From NCBI GenBank assembly GCA_964579265.1, contig CAZOFO010000012.1, positions 1 through 16,146 on the forward strand: a stretch of DNA of 16,146 bases, read 5' to 3'. The translations under genes were made by a program, and so were the position numbers. This DNA comes from Candidatus Micrarchaeota archaeon (GTDB taxonomy: Archaea; B1Sed10-29). The notes beneath the pieces were generated by a model. The model made no database searches and was not told where the DNA came from. It worked only from the letters and a program-made list of their open reading frames with translations. Of the stretch, positions 15,343 to 16,146 are shown one piece after another. Within the stretch, counting starts at the first letter, position 1, and each line of letters starts with the position of its first letter.

Positions 15343-15648
15343 TTAGGGTCCTCCAATTCCGAAGATTATTATGGAGGATATGAATCCGAAGCCTATGCTT
15401 CCTGCTATCCAGTAGAACATGAATATTGCTCCTATTAGAACCCATAGTTCGTAGAATATGTACATTGCTATTCCGAAGAATGTGAATTTTAATGGCCTGC
15501 TTCTTATTCTTCTGCTGATTGCTGAGTAGAATATTATACCTACTACTATGAAGAATATCCATTTGAATTGTGGCAGTATTACTGCTAGTATCATGGGTCC
15601 TGCCATGAAGAACCCGAATAGTATCATTTGTAGTGTTTTCGTTTTCAT
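15343..15648 (-). CDS. Hypothetical small membrane protein (probable paralog set B)
   Basis: 101 aa with about four hydrophobic segments and core AISRRIRSRPLKFTFFGIAMYIFYELW. Confidence 0.83.
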   Translation of the reverse strand: MKTKTLQMILFGFFMAGPMILAVILPQFKWIFFIVVGIIFYSAISRRIRSRPLKFTFFGIAMYIFYELWVLIGAIFMFYWIAGSIGFGFISSIIIFGIGGP

Positions 15649-15697
15649 GTTATCTTTTTCTTATTTTTTGTTGTTTTTATTTTAATTATCTTTTCTA

Positions 15698-16105
15698 TTA
15701 TGCTTTTCTTCTTTTTCGTGCTGCTGCTTCTTCTCCTCCGCCTCCTCCTAGTGCTATATCGAATAGTAGGTTTAGTGGTCCGTGTGGTAGGAATATTACT
15801 AGTATGAGGATTGGTAGTAGTAGTGTGGCCCATCTGAATAGTATTAGGTAGGATAGTACTAGTACTAGTATTGTGGCTATTACTGATTCTGTGATTCTGC
15901 TTCTGACGAAATGTATGATTGATATTAGTCCTACTACTCTTATTCCAAGCATTATTAGGTCCAAGGTATCGAATCCTGGTATTAGGTCTACTAGAAAAGC
16001 GGGTATTAGGTCGGTTAGGGGTAGGGTAAGTGCTGTGGATCCGCTTGTTATTATCCCTTGTAATGGTGCTGTTATCATTCCAAGCATCTGTATTAGTGGA
16101 TACAT
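15698..16105 (-). CDS. Hypothetical small membrane protein (paralog set B)
   Basis: 135 aa hydrophobic protein with core FVRSRITESVIATILVLVLSYLILFRW and C-terminal GGGGGEEAAARKRRKA. Exact start uncertain. Confidence 0.83.
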   Translation of the reverse strand: MYPLIQMLGMITAPLQGIITSGSTALTLPLTDLIPAFLVDLIPGFDTLDLIMLGIRVVGLISIIHFVRSRITESVIATILVLVLSYLILFRWATLLLPILILVIFLPHGPLNLLFDIALGGGGGEEAAARKRRKA

Positions 16106-16125
16106 GTATAGGATAAGGTAGTAGG

Positions 16126-16135
16126 TATTTAAAAA
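16126..16135 (-). promoter_or_regulatory. TATA-like box, possibly giving a leaderless transcript for the 16105 gene
   Basis: TTTTTAAATA at -30 to -21 relative to ATG 16105, with no SD in between. Confidence 0.45.
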
Positions 16136-16146
16136 GGGAAGTGGTT

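Noticed and set aside
42..16121. Numerous antisense and alternate-frame ORFs rich in F/L/S (e.g. 1697-2194 -, 8415-8786 +, 11590-11970 +, 14400-14609 +, 14704-14934 -, 15290-15562 -)
   Set aside because: These are shadows of real genes, produced by the extreme A-rich/T-rich strand bias. They overlap well-supported CDSs and carry no recognisable motifs.
4658..16146. Integrated element or provirus at the tRNAs, with polB as a viral or casposon polymerase
   Set aside because: No duplicated tRNA end, integrase, Cas1 or capsid gene was seen. polB is a cellular type lying 4 nt upstream of map and shows no sign of protein-primed features.
1..16146. CRISPR array or rRNA
   Set aside because: No regularly spaced direct repeats, and no long GC-rich structured RNA region other than the three tRNAs.

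Overview
AT-rich archaeal window, probably from a small-genome DPANN-type archaeon. This assignment is an inference from the archaeal PheRS alpha/beta, type II MetAP, PolB3-like polymerase, BHB-type tRNA introns, GGTG-type Shine-Dalgarno sites and K/E-rich proteins. The left 10 kb is housekeeping: partial iscS, iscU, dcd, pheS and pheT on +, then tRNA-Thr(GGU, intron), tmk, tRNA-Leu(CAG), tRNA-Arg(UCG, intron), a membrane protein, map and polB on -. The right 6 kb is an uncharacterised cluster: two soluble acidic/coiled-coil proteins, a HerA/VirB4/FtsK-fold protein with its ATPase motifs degenerate, and eight small proteins (mostly hydrophobic) that largely fall into two paralogous sets. One set lies in a tight operon headed by a 58-aa ribbon-helix-helix regulator that the ORF track missed, with a perfect 10-6-10 inverted repeat in its promoter. 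Other notable signals: the two tRNA introns share one palindromic AAACTTTT..AAAAGTTT module that competes with the splice-competent BHB fold; one gene appears to need an ATT start or a frameshift; and strand composition flips near 4.6-4.8 kb. All family assignments come from motif recognition by eye, without database searches.
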